A program made the position numbers and the translations under genes. This document shows positions 23,697 to 37,686 of a stretch of 64,000 bases of DNA, piece after piece. The notes under the pieces are model-generated. The model was not told the origin of the DNA and ran no database searches. It was given only the letters and a program-made list of their open reading frames with translations. Within the stretch, counting starts at the first letter, position 1, and each line of letters opens with the position of its first letter. The stretch comes from Calcarisporiella thermophila CBS 279.70 (Eukaryota; Fungi; Calcarisporiellomycota), in NCBI RefSeq assembly GCF_041956535.1, contig NW_027192195.1, positions 1,095,189 to 1,159,188 of the forward strand, written 5' to 3'.

Positions 23697-26669
23697 CTAA
23701 ATCACCCATTCCTTGGTCACCACATCTATGTACGCGGCCGTCACATCCTCGCGTAGCTCCCGTTTAACCCTTTGCAATACTGCATTCCCTGCTCTGTCGC
23801 CTAGCGCCGAAAGGTTCAATTTGAGCTTCCAGGTCTCCCGCTCCTCAAGCGGAACATAATCAGGCACGCGCACCGACAAATCGAGACGCCACGTGTTAGT
23901 GTGGCCATGCCCAGCCACATGTCGGATAACGTACCAATGACCATCCGCTTCATTGCCTTTGGCCTCCACCAGAGCGGCGCGGGGCTTCTCCTTGGACTGG
24001 GCAAGGGGATCGGGGGCGACGTGTGGAAGTTCATCCTGGATCGACCAATCCAAAACGTGTGCGCGGAAACCAAGCACACTCCATGTGTAATCCCCTAACT
24101 CGGCCACGAGTGTTAGGTGTCGCACGTGACGGGTGGCATCGTAGCTGGAGTTGAACGAGTAAAGGTGTGGAATTTTGGGGGGAGGCGTGGCGTTGGAAGA
24201 GGCGAGCGGGAAGCGGTAGGATTCAATAAAGCTGGAGAGTGGGAACGAGATTTGCCAGTCGGCCGAGGCCGCTTGGGGCTCGCGTAGCTCTCCCTCAGAG
24301 AGGGACACCTGCTTCAATACGTCCAAGACGTCCCCCTTATCGTGCGAAAAGGGGGCGGCATCGGATCTTGCGATATGTAGACTAGCCTCGCCACTGGTGG
24401 CATTTACTAGGTGCTGTATGTAGACCTTTCTGGGATGCAAGGCATCGAATGGGGCGCCTCGTAGGGTGGCAAATACTAAGATTGCGATGAGGATCCACCC
24501 ACTCAGGAGCACCAAGACTCGACGGGTCGTGTTCCGACCGTGGCGAAGCGAAAAGGCTGGTAGCAGCGGCGCTAAGACCCATGTAAGCCACCCAAAGACC
24601 GAGGCAATGACATGATCGGCCGGCGAATGTGCACCCACTCTTCCCATTAGCGGAACAAGCATATCCACCAACATCAGGCCATAATAGATGCCAATGCTGG
24701 AGATAAATGCAAAGCCAACCACATACACCCATAGGCCAATCGAATTTCGCGTTCTCCACTTCTTGCTTCCCACTCCATTCCGTGCCTCATTCAACCCAAT
24801 CAGCAAGACAAAAAGAAGAGACACCAGCCAGGGCCCGAATGCGCTAGGGATCCTGTACGCGGACATGAGCAGGGCCCATAAATTATACACACCAGCTACC
24901 CCAATCAGGGTGACATGTTCAGCCGACAGCAGCCCAAAGGCCCCCCACTGATCCGCCAGGTACTGAACTCCTATGGAGCCGAGCGCAGAAGCCGGCGCGA
25001 ACAAAACCCATCCGTACCACTCGCGTGAATACCATGTCATCGGTTTACCCATCTGTACCATGGCCAAGGCAACCAGGTTCGGTACGATTATGGCAGCGAT
25101 GGCCCCCAAAATGAAGGTGGCCATGGCCACGCAATACGTGGAAAAGGTTGAGAGGAATGGCAACTTCTGACGCCGCACGATGTGAATGAAGAGCCCAAGG
25201 GAGACCAGGTGGGTGGCTAGATGCAAGCGAGACGCTATGCTCCAGGGATAGTCAATGAACGCCAGCCCAAAAATATCGAAGAAAACTAAATCGGAAACTG
25301 GTTCCACCTTCGTGAGAGAAGTCGCGGTCAGCTGCTCGACAAGGGCAAGCGTGTTCTCGCCCATATGCTAAGGAAGATGTGGAATGGAACGGGTAAGGGC
25401 GGGGAGGAGGAAAAACAACGAAACCAGGGGTGTGTACCTGAAGTGTTCCAGGAGCAATGTGGGCTATAGTGTCGAGTTGGGTGTGGTAGAGATACGAGTT
25501 TTTGTAAAGAGCCATATCGAGTCCGGTTAAGTTGCCGTAGTGGACAAATTGACGGAAATCGGTGTCCGATAAAATGATCCCAGTGCGGAACACGTCATTT
25601 GCCTGTGCGGAAAGAGAGGATTAGAAATGGGAGGTTATCTCGATCCTCTGAGGGCGCGTTAACCGCCTGCGGAGCCTACCAGCACATTCCCATGCGGATA
25701 GGGCACCTTTCGATAGGCCTCCACCACCTGCTTCGAATTCGCTTGGAAGAGAACCTCGCTTCCCGTGGTTCCACACGCCTCCAAATTCACCACTGCCCGA
25801 ACCGTCTCAGCCAGCCCGTACTTTGTCACAAATGCATGGGATGCATCCTGAAGAGATTCCTCTGCGCCGTTAAACAAAAATACCGCGGCGTTTTGGCCGC
25901 CCCAACTCGGTCGCCGGCTCAAGACACGAATGATTTCGAGCATCACCGCAATCCCTGCGCCGTCGTCTGCCGCGCCAGGCGAGCCTATCATGGAGTCGTA
26001 GTGCGCGTTCAGTAGCACCGCATTTTTATTGCATTCTTCGCCGCAGGACATGCGAACAATGATATTGGTCACATTCGTGTACATTTTGAGCACCACTATA
26101 AACACAAAGTCATTCATGAGTAGAGTTAGAGAACTCGGAGGCAAGGAGGGCGGCTAAGAAGTGGTCCATAATTACTATGATGCATAAAGTCAAAGCGATG
26201 CGTTCCCGATTCCTCCTGCACGAAAACATCGAACTTCGTATTGGCTGAAAGCTGATACTCGCGTAGGCGGGAGAGGAGATATTGTTTGGCGCGCCCTTCT
26301 TCCGCCGTCCCGACAATTCCTGAAAAATATTGAAAATGGTATAGACACGTCTGGAAAATTGCGCGAGAGAGCGAAATTCATTCCAACGCATAAATGGATT
26401 CATCTTCAGAACTTACGTTCTCCTATTTCCTCCGCCAAGTACGTGACCGTCTCTCTCGCATTCAACTCGGAGAATCCCTCCGAATCCTCCTTTAGCACCG
26501 GCTCTGGTAAACGGTAATGCATATAAGAGCCAAACCATACTGCCAAAAACACAGTAATCAAGATAATAATGTAGGAGCGCAGCGGGGAGGATGCATCCTC
26601 GGGGGGAGATTTGGACGATGTCGGTGAAGCGAGAGGGGATGAGTTAGAATGGACTCGTTTGCGTAGCAT
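23697..26669 (-). CDS. ER/vacuolar membrane M28 metallopeptidase (ERMP1/Pff1-like)
   Basis: NAHYDS, PGAADDG, FLFNGAEE, NLEACG, SDTDF, YHTQLD, followed by multiple TM helices. Confidence 0.92.
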
Positions 26670-28373
26670 ATAGTCAAGGGGAAAGGGTGAGGGAGGGGAT
26701 TGGGGGGAGTAGCAGGCGATGAGGCGATCGGGAAATCGAAGAGTTAAGAAACAAAGAAAGCCCAAGCTACTAAAGTTGGCATATGAAAGTTCTAATGAGA
26801 GAAGCTTTGTCTCCTCGTTGAAATTGTCCTAACGCGGTAATGTACGGGTTTTGGAGTACCGTTATGGAAAACTTTAATACTGGGCCTAATTGCCGACGCG
26901 GCCGCAAAGAGAGTTTGCAGCTGCGTCCACAGTTCCACGCATCCTCGGCCTTTCCCCTTAGCAACAGCCATGCCCTAGATAGGAAGTTTCGATTCAATTC
27001 GTGGGGAAACTTGGCTGCACTTGAACCATCTCAGTTTTCCGGCGGGCGGACCGCATTGGTGCTCCGCGATACAGTAAGATCCTGATCCCTTGGGAGCTTA
27101 TGTATCGGGGCCTAGCCCGCGGGTGTTCTTTCATGAAGAAGGCTCGATCGTCGACGCGATAAAGGATGCATCCAAAGTTCTGTATGCTGAGGATGCAGAA
27201 GGGCCGGGCAAAGGGATCTAGCTTGGAGCCAAAGGGGCCCCAACTTGCTGGCCTTTGTGCCCCGACTTTGCAAAGGCTCGTGGAGCTTATTCTACCCCAC
27301 TGTACCGGGCTTGACCTTACCATTATGAGAGTAACCATAGGCTGCCTGTGGATGGTTCGCCATCGTCATTGCATCTCTGTGCTCATTTGTAGTAGGCACA
27401 AGTGCCACCCGGTACTACCGATAAACTACGATCAATAGAAGTCCGAGGATGTGCTAATCGTGAACAGTGTCCGCCGAATGTCCAGTGCAATTGCAAGAGT
27501 GCGCTCTGATTTCCGGCTCCTGACCGGGAGTAAGCATTTCCTTTGTGAGTTACGTACTGGTTCAGACAGAATGCCTCTATGGAACAAAGTTTACACGTTC
27601 ATGTGTAAAGGAGCTTATGCCTATAGGGAAATCCCTAGCTCTAAGCATTTCTCTGTATTATATCATTTGGGTTAAAAAAAAATCATGAGATAATCTTTGG
27701 TTGATTCGCAGTCGATGTTCTGAAATCACGGAATCTTCACCATCAACCCTGGCATTTCTTAAGCGTCTTACTATCCCATCCTTGATGGGCAACGGATATT
27801 AATGAAATAAAGAGACGATTAATTGTCCATAGTTCTTTGTGCCTTCTTAATGCTTAGCCGTACCAGCCACAGCACTCAAGCTACCCTGCAGCTCATCTGG
27901 AGCATATTGGGGAAGGAGGTCAGTCGAGACGGGCCGCAACCAAGTTGATGAGCGCGACCAACTCCATATAGATTAATTTCGTGTTATTCACAAACATGTG
28001 CCCCGATGGAGTATAGGACGGATGTGCTTGCTTGCTGGCCAACCAGCGCCCGCGCTCAGGATGACCGATGGAAGCCACTAGGCCGACAAGAGAGAGACTA
28101 TCCCTCTTTGTCTTTATGGCTCGATGCTCCCCGCCTATCCTCAGCACCATCCTAGTTTCAAAAATGCCCGAGACTCCTGGGTTTTGATTAAAATAGGATG
28201 GCCGCGCATTTCCCTGCGGAGCTCTGTGATTGGCTGCCCCTAACTTAGTTTCCGTTCCAATTCGCCCCATGATTGAGGCTGCTAGGGTTAGATAGCAAGG
28301 CCAAGGGGAACTTGCTTAGTTTTCCTTCACTTTCCCCCTCCCCTTTCCATCCTTTAGATAGAGTAGAGCCAGC

Positions 28374-29650
28374 ATGTCGAAGGAGGACGCTAAAGAATTT
28401 AAAGTCGCCTTCCCGGCAGATAATTCCTCTCCTCTCCCCCCATCACAGCTGCAGCAGCAAAAGCGAAGCGCCTGGGTAGATGCATCGCTCCCGATCTTCT
28501 GCCAATGTGCAGCAAGCATCTTGATGACCGTGACAAACAAATATGTTGTTTCGGGAACCGATTTCAATATGAACTTCTTTCTTCTGGCTGTGCAGGTGTG
28601 CTAACCTTTTGCCTCATCTTTCTCGAATGTTGCTTGATGCTGATCCCGCGATCAAGTCTATTGTAACAGTGTTTCTACTAGAGCTGTTCAAGCGTGTATC
28701 TCTGATCCAGTATCGTCCGTACAGCCACGAGGAAGCCAAGAGCTGGTTCCCGGTCACTGCGCTGCTGGTTGCCATGATTTACACCGGGAGCAAGGCTCTC
28801 CAGTACTTCCCGATCCCCATCTATACCATCTTTAAAAACATCACCATTATCCTTATAGCATATGGAGAGGTGGTCTGGTTCGGGGGCAAAGTGACGCAGT
28901 TGATGCTGGCCTCTTTCGGGCTGATGGTTGGTTTTCCAGCGTTGCAATGAAGATCTCCGTGCTCGATCCTTAGTCAATGACTTGCTATTGTTATCTGCTA
29001 GGTCCTGTCGTCCGTGATTGCAGGGTGGTCGGATGTCGCCGAGATGCTCTCGCAGAACATTGTGCGCATCGATCTCCTCGCTGGCTATCTGTGGATGTAT
29101 GCCAACTGCTTTTCCACGGCGGCTTTTGTCCTCTATATGCGCAAGCGTATCAAGCTGACGAACTTTAAGGATTTCGACACGGCCTTTTACAACAATTTAC
29201 TCAGCATCCCGCTGCTGGTGGTCTTGACTTTGATCTTCGAGGACTGGAGCGAGGAGGGTTTGGCGCGCAATTTGTAAGTGATTTCTCCCCTGTTTTGAGG
29301 TATCTCCTGATTCACGAGCTAAGCCGGGATTTGCTTTCAGCCCCGAGGAGTCCAAGAACTGGCTCTACATCGCCATGATCCTCTCGGGCACGACCGCCTT
29401 TGCGATTTCGTACACGAGCGCCTGGTGTGTGCGGGTGACCTCGTCCACCACCTACAGCATGGTGGGTGCCCTCAACAAGCTGCCTGTTGCCGTGAGCGGG
29501 ATGGTGTTCTTCGGTGATCCCGTCACCGTGCAAAGCGTGAGCGCAGTGAGCGTCGGGTTCACTGCTGGAGTGGTCTATGTGGTCGCCCAGGAGCAAAAGA
29601 AGAGGGCCGAAAAGAGTCAGCTCCCTCTGACCGAGAAGGAGGATAAATGA
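28374..29650 (+). CDS. VRG4: Golgi GDP-mannose transporter
   Basis: [30 protein letters not shown] and [13 protein letters not shown] (GALNK motif). Confidence 0.95.
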
Positions 29651-30072
29651 CGTGTACTTTTTTTCGTTTCTTCCCTGTACTCTATTCATTGGTATTTCTT
29701 CATTTCTTAACACCTTAGACCTTTTTCTTAACGAGGAGTTAGAGTTTCTGACGGAGGAGATCTGAGTGGTTTAGAAAGGAAATGGAAAATGCTCATGGCG
29801 CTGCTTATAGCGCGAAAATCAAAACCCATTGGGCCGAGTTTCTCAGCCCAGATGACGGTGGCTTGTGGTAATACAAGTCCTTGACATGTAAGAGAAAAAA
29901 AATCCGGAAAGGTTGCACCCCATATTCTATTGAATTTTTGGGGGGAAGGGAAATAAATAAGTGATCGAGAGGATTCCAATTTTAATACTCCATCTCCTCT
30001 TCATTCGCGACTTTTTTTTGTGGAATTCCCCAGTGTATTTATGGCAGCCATTCTGCATTGCTCTGAATAATA

Positions 30073-30910
30073 ATGCCGTTCCAGCTTTTCCAGCGTTTCC
30101 GACGCAATCATGCTCTTGAATGCATCGCCCACCTCGACATCCAATCCCTTACCCGGCTTCCTCTACTGAAGGGCCAATATTTCGTGGAATGGCGGCTGCT
30201 TGAAGGGGGAAGCACCTCCGCTCTCCTCAACACCGCATATCAAACGCGTGGGCAAACGAAGAGGGTCTCCCTGGAGAATTATTGTGCCCACTGGGATTCG
30301 CACCAGAAAACCATGATTCGGTTGGGCATAGGCGTGGATGGAGAGCTCCTGCCACTGCGCGCGCAATTCACGGTGACGCAGCTGGTTGAACGAGAAAAGC
30401 CGCAGGTAGCTAGTCTTGAGCTTGACATTAATGATCCTCGGATCCTTTTCCTCCATGGATATTTACATTCATTGCTTATTTTAGATCATTGGCCGTCTAA
30501 TTCTCAACCTTGCTGAATACGTAATTTTGCATAAACAGCCCACCAAGTTGGATGAATCCCAGCCTCCCCGGAAATATCGCCTCGATCAGTGCTATTACCC
30601 GCGTGCCACTCTGCATCTCGGAATTCGTGTCGAGCAAGTTCCATCCTCCACCCCGCTCGCCTACAAAGTCCCCCCGCTTAACCGACGGATGATTATACCC
30701 GACGAGCGTGATCTCGTTGAACTTTTGGGGCAGGAACGAGATATTATTGTGGCAGGAGGCAAGCGAATGAGGGCGAGAGAACTCGTCCATGATCGCTTAT
30801 GGAGGACGTTCGCCGGCGAGGCAGCTGACGACGACCTCTGTCTTAGGGGTCATAAGGGCCTGGATAAAAAGCGCTATGCACGACTCTCCTACGCGGAGAG
30901 CGCAATCTGA
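30073..30910 (+). CDS. NT-C2 (EEIG1/EHBP1 N-terminal C2) domain protein
   Basis: LDIQSLTRLPLLKGQYFVEW, RGQT, then after an intron (about 30406-30484) IIGRLILNLAEYV and ATLHLGI. Confidence 0.7.
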
Positions 30911-31558
30911 CACATCTCTTCTTTGATCGAACACGATCTCCCCTCTTCTTCTCTTCTGTCCACGCCCCCCTTTCTCTCTCTGTCTCTTCAGACTTTTATT
31001 TTGTGCTTTACTATTGTGTAAATACGCTTTTATTCATCTTTTTTTCTTATATTTTCCTGCGAGTGTTCCGTCATGAATGCGTTTTTTTTTTTTGGTTATT
31101 TTATTTTCCTTTCTTTGCTATGTCCCTACTTCATCTTCCCATTTTGGTGTTTATGTATTTGCCTAGTTTTTTGCTGTTGGTTAACGTTTTTCTGCATTCT
31201 TTTTTCACCCAAAAGTTTCAAGAATATAGGTTGAAGAGAAAACCAATGAAGAAGAAAAGAGTCAATGGCTAGTGGGGGAGAGGGGAGAAGGGTCTGCTTC
31301 TTCGTAGTAAGAATCTGTGGGCAAGCGTGACAAAGGGTCCTGCGAGAGATTTGCGTCTCGGAAAAAAAAAACGTGAATAGACAATAATAACATTGAAGAT
31401 AAGCAAGAGAAAAGAAATATCGACAAAAGAACGCGCAATACAGTCGGGAAAAATATGTATAATTAAAAAAGGCCAGCGTATATACTACTATAAATACTAA
31501 ATAAAGCTAAATAGGGGATTTGAAGACGGCTCTTCTACTATGGCTAGACTGCTCTAAT

Positions 31559-32983
31559 CTATAGAAATAGCATGCTCACGTTTGGCACGCCCAGCTCCGG
31601 CTTCTCGCTCACCACGCCAACGCTGTCATTCTTCACGCCATCCCAAGACTTGCATCGGTAAAACCCACACTTGACGCCCCAAGCGTCCCTGCACACCCAG
31701 CAGAATCGGTGCCCACACTGCAAACAGTCCACTTTATTGCATCCGTCGTCGCGCTGGATCAGGACAGAGCATCTTGGGCACGTACGACTATTCTCGAGCT
31801 TCCATCTTAGAGAGGCTAGATCGTCCTCGGAGGACGTGGGTGAGGAGAGGTTGGCGGCATGAAGGAGTTGCTGGTAGAGATAGGCTGAGCAGGTGAGCGA
31901 GAGATGATGGGTTGCAGCACCGCACTGTAGACAAAGAGGCTGGAGGCATTTCGTGCAGCTTGCCTGAGGAAAGGAGGAGATGTGCTTAAATTGAAGCTGC
32001 GTCCAAGTTTCCGGGTGTTGTTCAAGCGAAATAAGGCGGGAGGAGATGTGGTTCGCGGCTTTGACGCACTCTCTTTCTCGCGCCAGGCCGCGCCGTAATA
32101 AGGAGGGCTCTTCCTCGCCCTTCACATCTCTACTCATTAGGGCGGATCTTATGCTTTAATAACGAGCCGCATTTTTAGATACACAATAGAAAATCAAGGA
32201 AACTCCACCTGCAGACCACGCTGACCCATCGTCGTAATTCATCCGAGACGTAGCCATAGATATCCTCCACTCTAGGTAATCCTGAGACTAGGTGGGCTCG
32301 GAAATCATCATTGAAGCGTGCGAGAAATGTATTCGCATGCTCCTCATCGGCATGATCGTCGGTGTAAATGACAAAGAAACTATAGAGCAACTCTGCGATT
32401 TCATTGAAGCAACTAACAATGGCTCCAAGTTAGCTCTCATCGAATGGTTTCTTCCAGTGGTAAGTATTTTATTCACCGCTCACGGTCCCCGTGATACACT
32501 TGTGCTGCTGGCACTACATTGGCGCATACCTGGCAGTAGCGTTGGCATGCGCGAAACGGCTGATTGTACTTATTGTATGTCTCGACAACCGAAATGTCAA
32601 CGTACTGGTACAGCAGCCACATTAGGATGAGTCCTTCACCAGTCATTCATGTAACATGGGAAAAAAAACTTTATTACCTGGCTCCATTCATGAGTTGGGA
32701 TGATGTCTTGACAAACGGGACAGGTAATTTTGGAAATACCAAGTCCCCATGAACTGGAAACCACCTCAGTGAAATATCTAAGCCCATGGACCAGGACGCC
32801 AAGAATAATTCAGTCAAGCTGAAAATGACACCCCCAGCACAAATCCTCTTTATACCTTGTAATACATCGATGGCAGAATTGGTCTTTGCAGCTCCGCAAT
32901 GTCATGCTGCAATTCCGCTCGAAACAGATGGAGCAGAGCTCCCGGAAGTCTTCCCATTCAGCTTTGTATTCGTATTCAGGCAT
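31559..32983 (-). CDS. RBR (RING-IBR-RING) E3 ubiquitin ligase
   Basis: RING1 CSIC...CKDQFCHRC...CPVC, IBR-like CTKC...CLQC...H...C, RING2 CPRC...GCNKVDCLQCGHRFCWVC. Exons splice in frame from the ATG at 32983. Confidence 0.85.
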
Positions 32984-33326
32984 TTTAGTAACTATCTTTA
33001 TTCACTCCAGGGAAAAAAATGTAATGAAATATATATTGGGGTTGAGCCAGCTGTATGCAAACAGAAGTATTATAGGGCGAGTAAGTGGTATAGTAAGAAT
33101 GATGAATCTTCTAACTGGAGAATGGGAGATGTAGAGAGATAAAGCAAAAAGGAACTTGTGTTCTAGCCGCATTGGAAAGAGTGGCAAAAATATTGGACCA
33201 GATCACGCGGGTCTCAACTCACGTGGCTTTGTTCGTCATCGACACTTCATTTTACGTAGAGAAACAATGAGGAGAGATGAGTTAGATTTCTGGCAAATAT
33301 AGATTACTTGTTGGCTGCCGATCAAC

Positions 33327-33593
33327 ATGGTCAGCAGGCTGGCCTTCCATTCCACCTGTCGCCTCTTTTCAATGGATCGGAGGCAAATGATTTCGATTAA
33401 ACCATCATGTCCCGACATTGAAAGGCAAAATGCAAATGAAAAGTATGCCATATATCGCATCGATGATAACGGACGCGAATATCGCCTCTTCTCGAACACC
33501 TACACCTCATATACGGAAGCCCAAAAAGAAGCTAATCAATGGGCACAGCGAGGCCATAAACAATACTATTTTGTAAAGAAAGTCTCTTCGTAA
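33327..33593 (+). CDS. Small intronless protein with bacterial-type DDNG...RGHKQ domain and mitochondrial-presequence-like leader
   Basis: YAIYRIDDNGREY...YTSYTEAQKEANQWAQRGHKQYYFV. The N-terminus MVSRLAFHSTCRLFS is rich in Arg/Ser/Leu and has no acidic residue. Confidence 0.65.
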   Translation: MVSRLAFHSTCRLFSMDRRQMISIKPSCPDIERQNANEKYAIYRIDDNGREYRLFSNTYTSYTEAQKEANQWAQRGHKQYYFVKKVSS

Positions 33594-34191
33594 GGTCGAA
33601 GCAATGTGCTGCCGTAACACTGGCAGTGTTTTTGTAAATATTTCCACAGAATTCATTTCAACAAACGCGCCATTTATCTGTAACATAAACCCTTTATTTA
33701 AATGGTTTTTATATTCATTAACCAGCTGCATTTCATAGCGGCTTATGAGCTTCCTAAAAATCAAAAGACACGAACTTAATTAGTAAAGAGGATTCTAACC
33801 AATTCAGTTAGATGGTTTTATATCATTTTCAGAGAGATTTTATCTCATAGAGGGATATTTCCTCTTCGAAGAGCTGGGTTAGAGCAAAATGTTCTCATCA
33901 TGATGATATAGGAAATTCTGAAACGAAAATAAAAGGAAACTTACATTAGGTTTCCTTTCCGGAAAATTGGCGCGGTAAAAAGTAAGAAAAGGGGATATAT
34001 ATGAGAATGAAGTGAAATAACTAACAAAGAAAAGGAAAAGTGTTAAATGATATAAACAGTTCGAGTTCGCTCTTTTATATTCGCAGTAGAAGTAAATAAT
34101 ACCTCGAAGTGAGACGTCATCCTTATTGGGCCGTCACAAATGTACATACGATTTTGCCACATTGACCTTGTTTACTCGACTGCCTATTACC

Positions 34192-34744
34192 ATGGCCTCA
34201 ACGGAAGAAATGCAAGCCAATGAGCAGGGAGATCTCGACACCCTAGTAGAACTTGAGAACATGTACTATATGACTTGACTTCCATTAAGTAGCATACGAG
34301 TTCATTTTTCGCCTTTTAGGTTTATGGAGCAAGGCAGAGATGAAGGTTTCGAGGCTGGAGAACGAGCAGGAGTAATCGAGGGCCAGGTATTTGGGTGTGA
34401 GAAGGGATATGAACTGGCACTTGAGGTTGGTTACTATGCCGGGTGTATGGAAGCTTGGCAATTAGCTGCATCGCAACACCCTAGCAAATTTTCCCCAAGG
34501 TAATGGATCAATGGTTCATACTAGGATTACGGCTAAATAAGCTAATCTAGATACATTGTACAGAACTCTTAAAGCGTTGTCATCTCTGAATGCGGCCATC
34601 GAAGCTTTTCCAAAGGAAAATAATCTGGATGTAGATTTCATGGAATTGGTAGAGAAAATACGAGCGCGATTTAAAGTGCTCATGTCTTTACTGGGGTCTC
34701 AACAGCGGTTCAAGGAGGAGAAAGAAAAGGGGATTAGCTATTGA
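34192..34744 (+). CDS. LTO1: Lto1/ORAOV1 (Yae1_N deca-GX3 family) CIA adaptor
   Basis: LENM|FMEQGRDEGFEAGERAGVIEGQVFGCEKGYELALEVGYYAG and IRARFK. Two introns. Confidence 0.85.
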
Positions 34745-35224
34745 CGAAGAGGCCCGATATTTTATGATGGTATCTTTCTAGATTGTTTATTATCTTGTAA
34801 TATAGTAAAGTATATCCTATGTGTCCTACTATTGGTGAATCGTAAAGTTTATGGTTTCCATATGAATGGATATTGAGGTGCTTGGGAAAGCATCCGGGCA
34901 CCCTCTCGAACGGTTGGAGTTAATAAATTTCTCCTATCCAAGTAGATTTTGCACTATTGAGACTCTTTCTCATGAAGTATCTATGGAATTTAATATCAAC
35001 ATTCTTTGCATCTGAAAATTGGTACCGCACTGTCATATCAAATTGAAACGGTCTATTCTTTCTTTTTTTTTGGCACCTTATTTAATTTCAACCTTTCTCG
35101 CATACAACACACACACACGCTCATACATTCAATACACATTCAATTTTGCTTTTCGTACGCATAGCTCGTTGTCCTTTCTTGTTCTTCCCTTACACCCTTT
35201 CCCTCTTTGTGCAATAACTCTTTG

Positions 35225-37686
35225 ATGGAAGCATACAAAGAAAGGTCCCAATTACCCGGAAGCAGGACTACTTTTCACTGAGTTACTTACCAGATCTTGA
35301 TTACAGATTAGGGCATTTTGAGTTTATCTTGGACGAGAAGCAGAATGATATCCCAATTATTGATTTGAAAGGGTTCCGAAGGCTATGTTTTAGAGGTATG
35401 TATACTCTAGGGTTACACACCTTGCCCTGGAGTTTGGCTAAAACGATCTACTCTGGTTGCTCTCATTAGGAATTCCCGACAAGCCTGGAATACGCCCAAA
35501 GTGTTGGAAGGCAAGTGGGCGCTCATTTTTGAATGAATACTTTTTTCATATTAATTTTTATTTTTCTTTTTGCCTAACAGCTCTTGATGGGCTACCTACC
35601 CCCAGAAAAGCGTTCATGGGAAAAAGTACTGGCTGATAAGAGAGCGACCTATTATGTGAGCATGAGCTTATCCAGTTAAAGACGAGTTTCTCTGATTAAT
35701 TCTTCTATTCTTCTTTTTTTTTAATAGAATTTTGTTAGGGACTTATTTGTAGAGCCAACTGGTGAAGAGCCCACGGTTGAAGACCATGTATGGATTTGCT
35801 CAAACAATGCGTATTTATTCTATTCTCCTTTAACAAGTGCAATTATCATGTTAGCCACTTAACTCTGCGCCCGACTCAAAGTGGGCTACCTTTTTCCAGG
35901 ACAATGTTATTCTTGAGCAAATTGATAAAGACGTCCGACGTACGCTTCCTGATTTTGCCTTTTTTCAGCTTCCTGTGCCACGCAGCGACCTCTCTCCTCT
36001 TTCGCCCAGAATACGTCCCACAAATAGCGATGAAAAAGTGAGCGATATGCAACTAGCTGCCCCTTGTGCCTCTCTCGGCACTGCTGTTGAAAGTTCTTCT
36101 CAAGTTTCACCCATCCGCACCCGACGAGCTCTCTTTAAACGCATACAGCACTTGAATAAGGATTTCGGAGCGCGTGAGAGACCAGCACCCAAAAAATCAT
36201 CCCCCCGGCACTCCATTGGTTCACCCCTAAGTCCCGATGACTTAGCGGGAGCAGACCAGACAAGCCAGGAGGACGGTGATGAGGAAGTTGACCTGCACTG
36301 GGAGGCCATCGAAAGAATTTTATTTATATATGCTAAACTGAATGCAGGCGTTGGATATGTGCAAGGAATGAACGAAATATTGGGGCCGATTTATTATACA
36401 ATGGCAAATGATACAGATGAGAAGGCGAGAGGTATGCTTTCATCATCGATTCCTTTCCTTTTGTTCCAACTTATGTATATATCCGAATGTCTTTATAGCC
36501 CATGCCGAAGCCGACTCGTTTTTTGTGTTCACCGCGGTAATGGGGGAGATCATGGACCACTTTGTGCGCTCCCTGGATTCGGATGCTAATAGTGGAATTG
36601 GGGCAACAATGAAGCGGCTAAATTCGCGGTTAAAACAGCTGGATCTGGAATTATGGGAAGATATGGTAGAGCCTTAGGTCATCCGCTCCAATTTAAGGAT
36701 ATATTGCTTATCACCATCCTTGCTTTGTGGTTTAGGAGCGTAAATCGCTTCAACCGGCATACTATTCTTTCCGCTGGCTCACGGTCCTCTGCTCCCAAGA
36801 ATTCAGTCTTCCCGACGTAATCAGGCTTTGGGATAGCCTCTTTGCCGATAGCCGTCCAAGTGGAGGCGATAGCGAGGGACAACAGCGCGGGTTTGAATTT
36901 TTGCTCGATTTCTGTTGTGCGATGATCATTTGTGTAAGGGAAGAGTTGATTCAGGGGAGTTTTGCTGAAAACATCAAGCTTTTACAGGTAAATATCTTGG
37001 GCCGTAGCAAACAATTTGTATCACTCATTCAGCTCACGGCATTTTTTTTTCGATGCTTTAAGAACTACCCTATCAACGACGTGGCTATAGTCCTCCAACA
37101 AGCATACAAGCTGCGGGATATCCGTCTCTCAACGGTTAACATGGAGGAACCCATCCCACCAGAATCAAATAGTACAGAGAAACATAAGCTAGAGAATGAG
37201 AAGGCCGCTGACCCAGATAAGTCAAGAGACACACGAAGAGAGACCGTGGATGAAGCCACCAGGTATGCTGAACTCGAAAAAGGAATGACACTACCCGACA
37301 ACACCACCCTCGCTGCGAACAATGTCCCTCGTGGTAAGAACAGTCTCAACTCTTCGCCCACAAAGAAACTCGGCTCCGCGATAGGAAACGGGTTGGAGTC
37401 ACTGAGAAAGGGGAACAATAACTCTATGGAAGAGATTTGGAGAAATCTGGGATGGTCTTCGTCACGCGAAGAAAAGCCGCTCAGTAAACTGTGGAATCGC
37501 CCGCCGACTGCAGCTTTACAAAAGGAGGTTGCGACGGATACAACGCCGCAGAGCAAGGCCGCCGAGCGTGCGAGTGCGACAGCAAATCGAGCAGCGTCGG
37601 CAGCTAGAAAGGCTTTGGTGGATGGGCGAGGGTTCTTCAAACGAATGGGCAAAACCTTTTCGGGGTCTAACGAACCATCCGGATAG
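35225..37686 (+). CDS. TBC-domain Rab GAP, TBC1D13-like
   Basis: CFRG|IPD, EQIDKDVRRT (R-finger), YAKLNAGVGYVQGMNE (Q-finger), AEADSFF and YSFRWLT. GC-AG intron at 35511-35580. Confidence 0.9.

Noticed and set aside
26770-28270. Short ORFs between the ERMP1-like gene and VRG4
   Set aside because: No motif, consistent splice structure or RNA fold that I can support.
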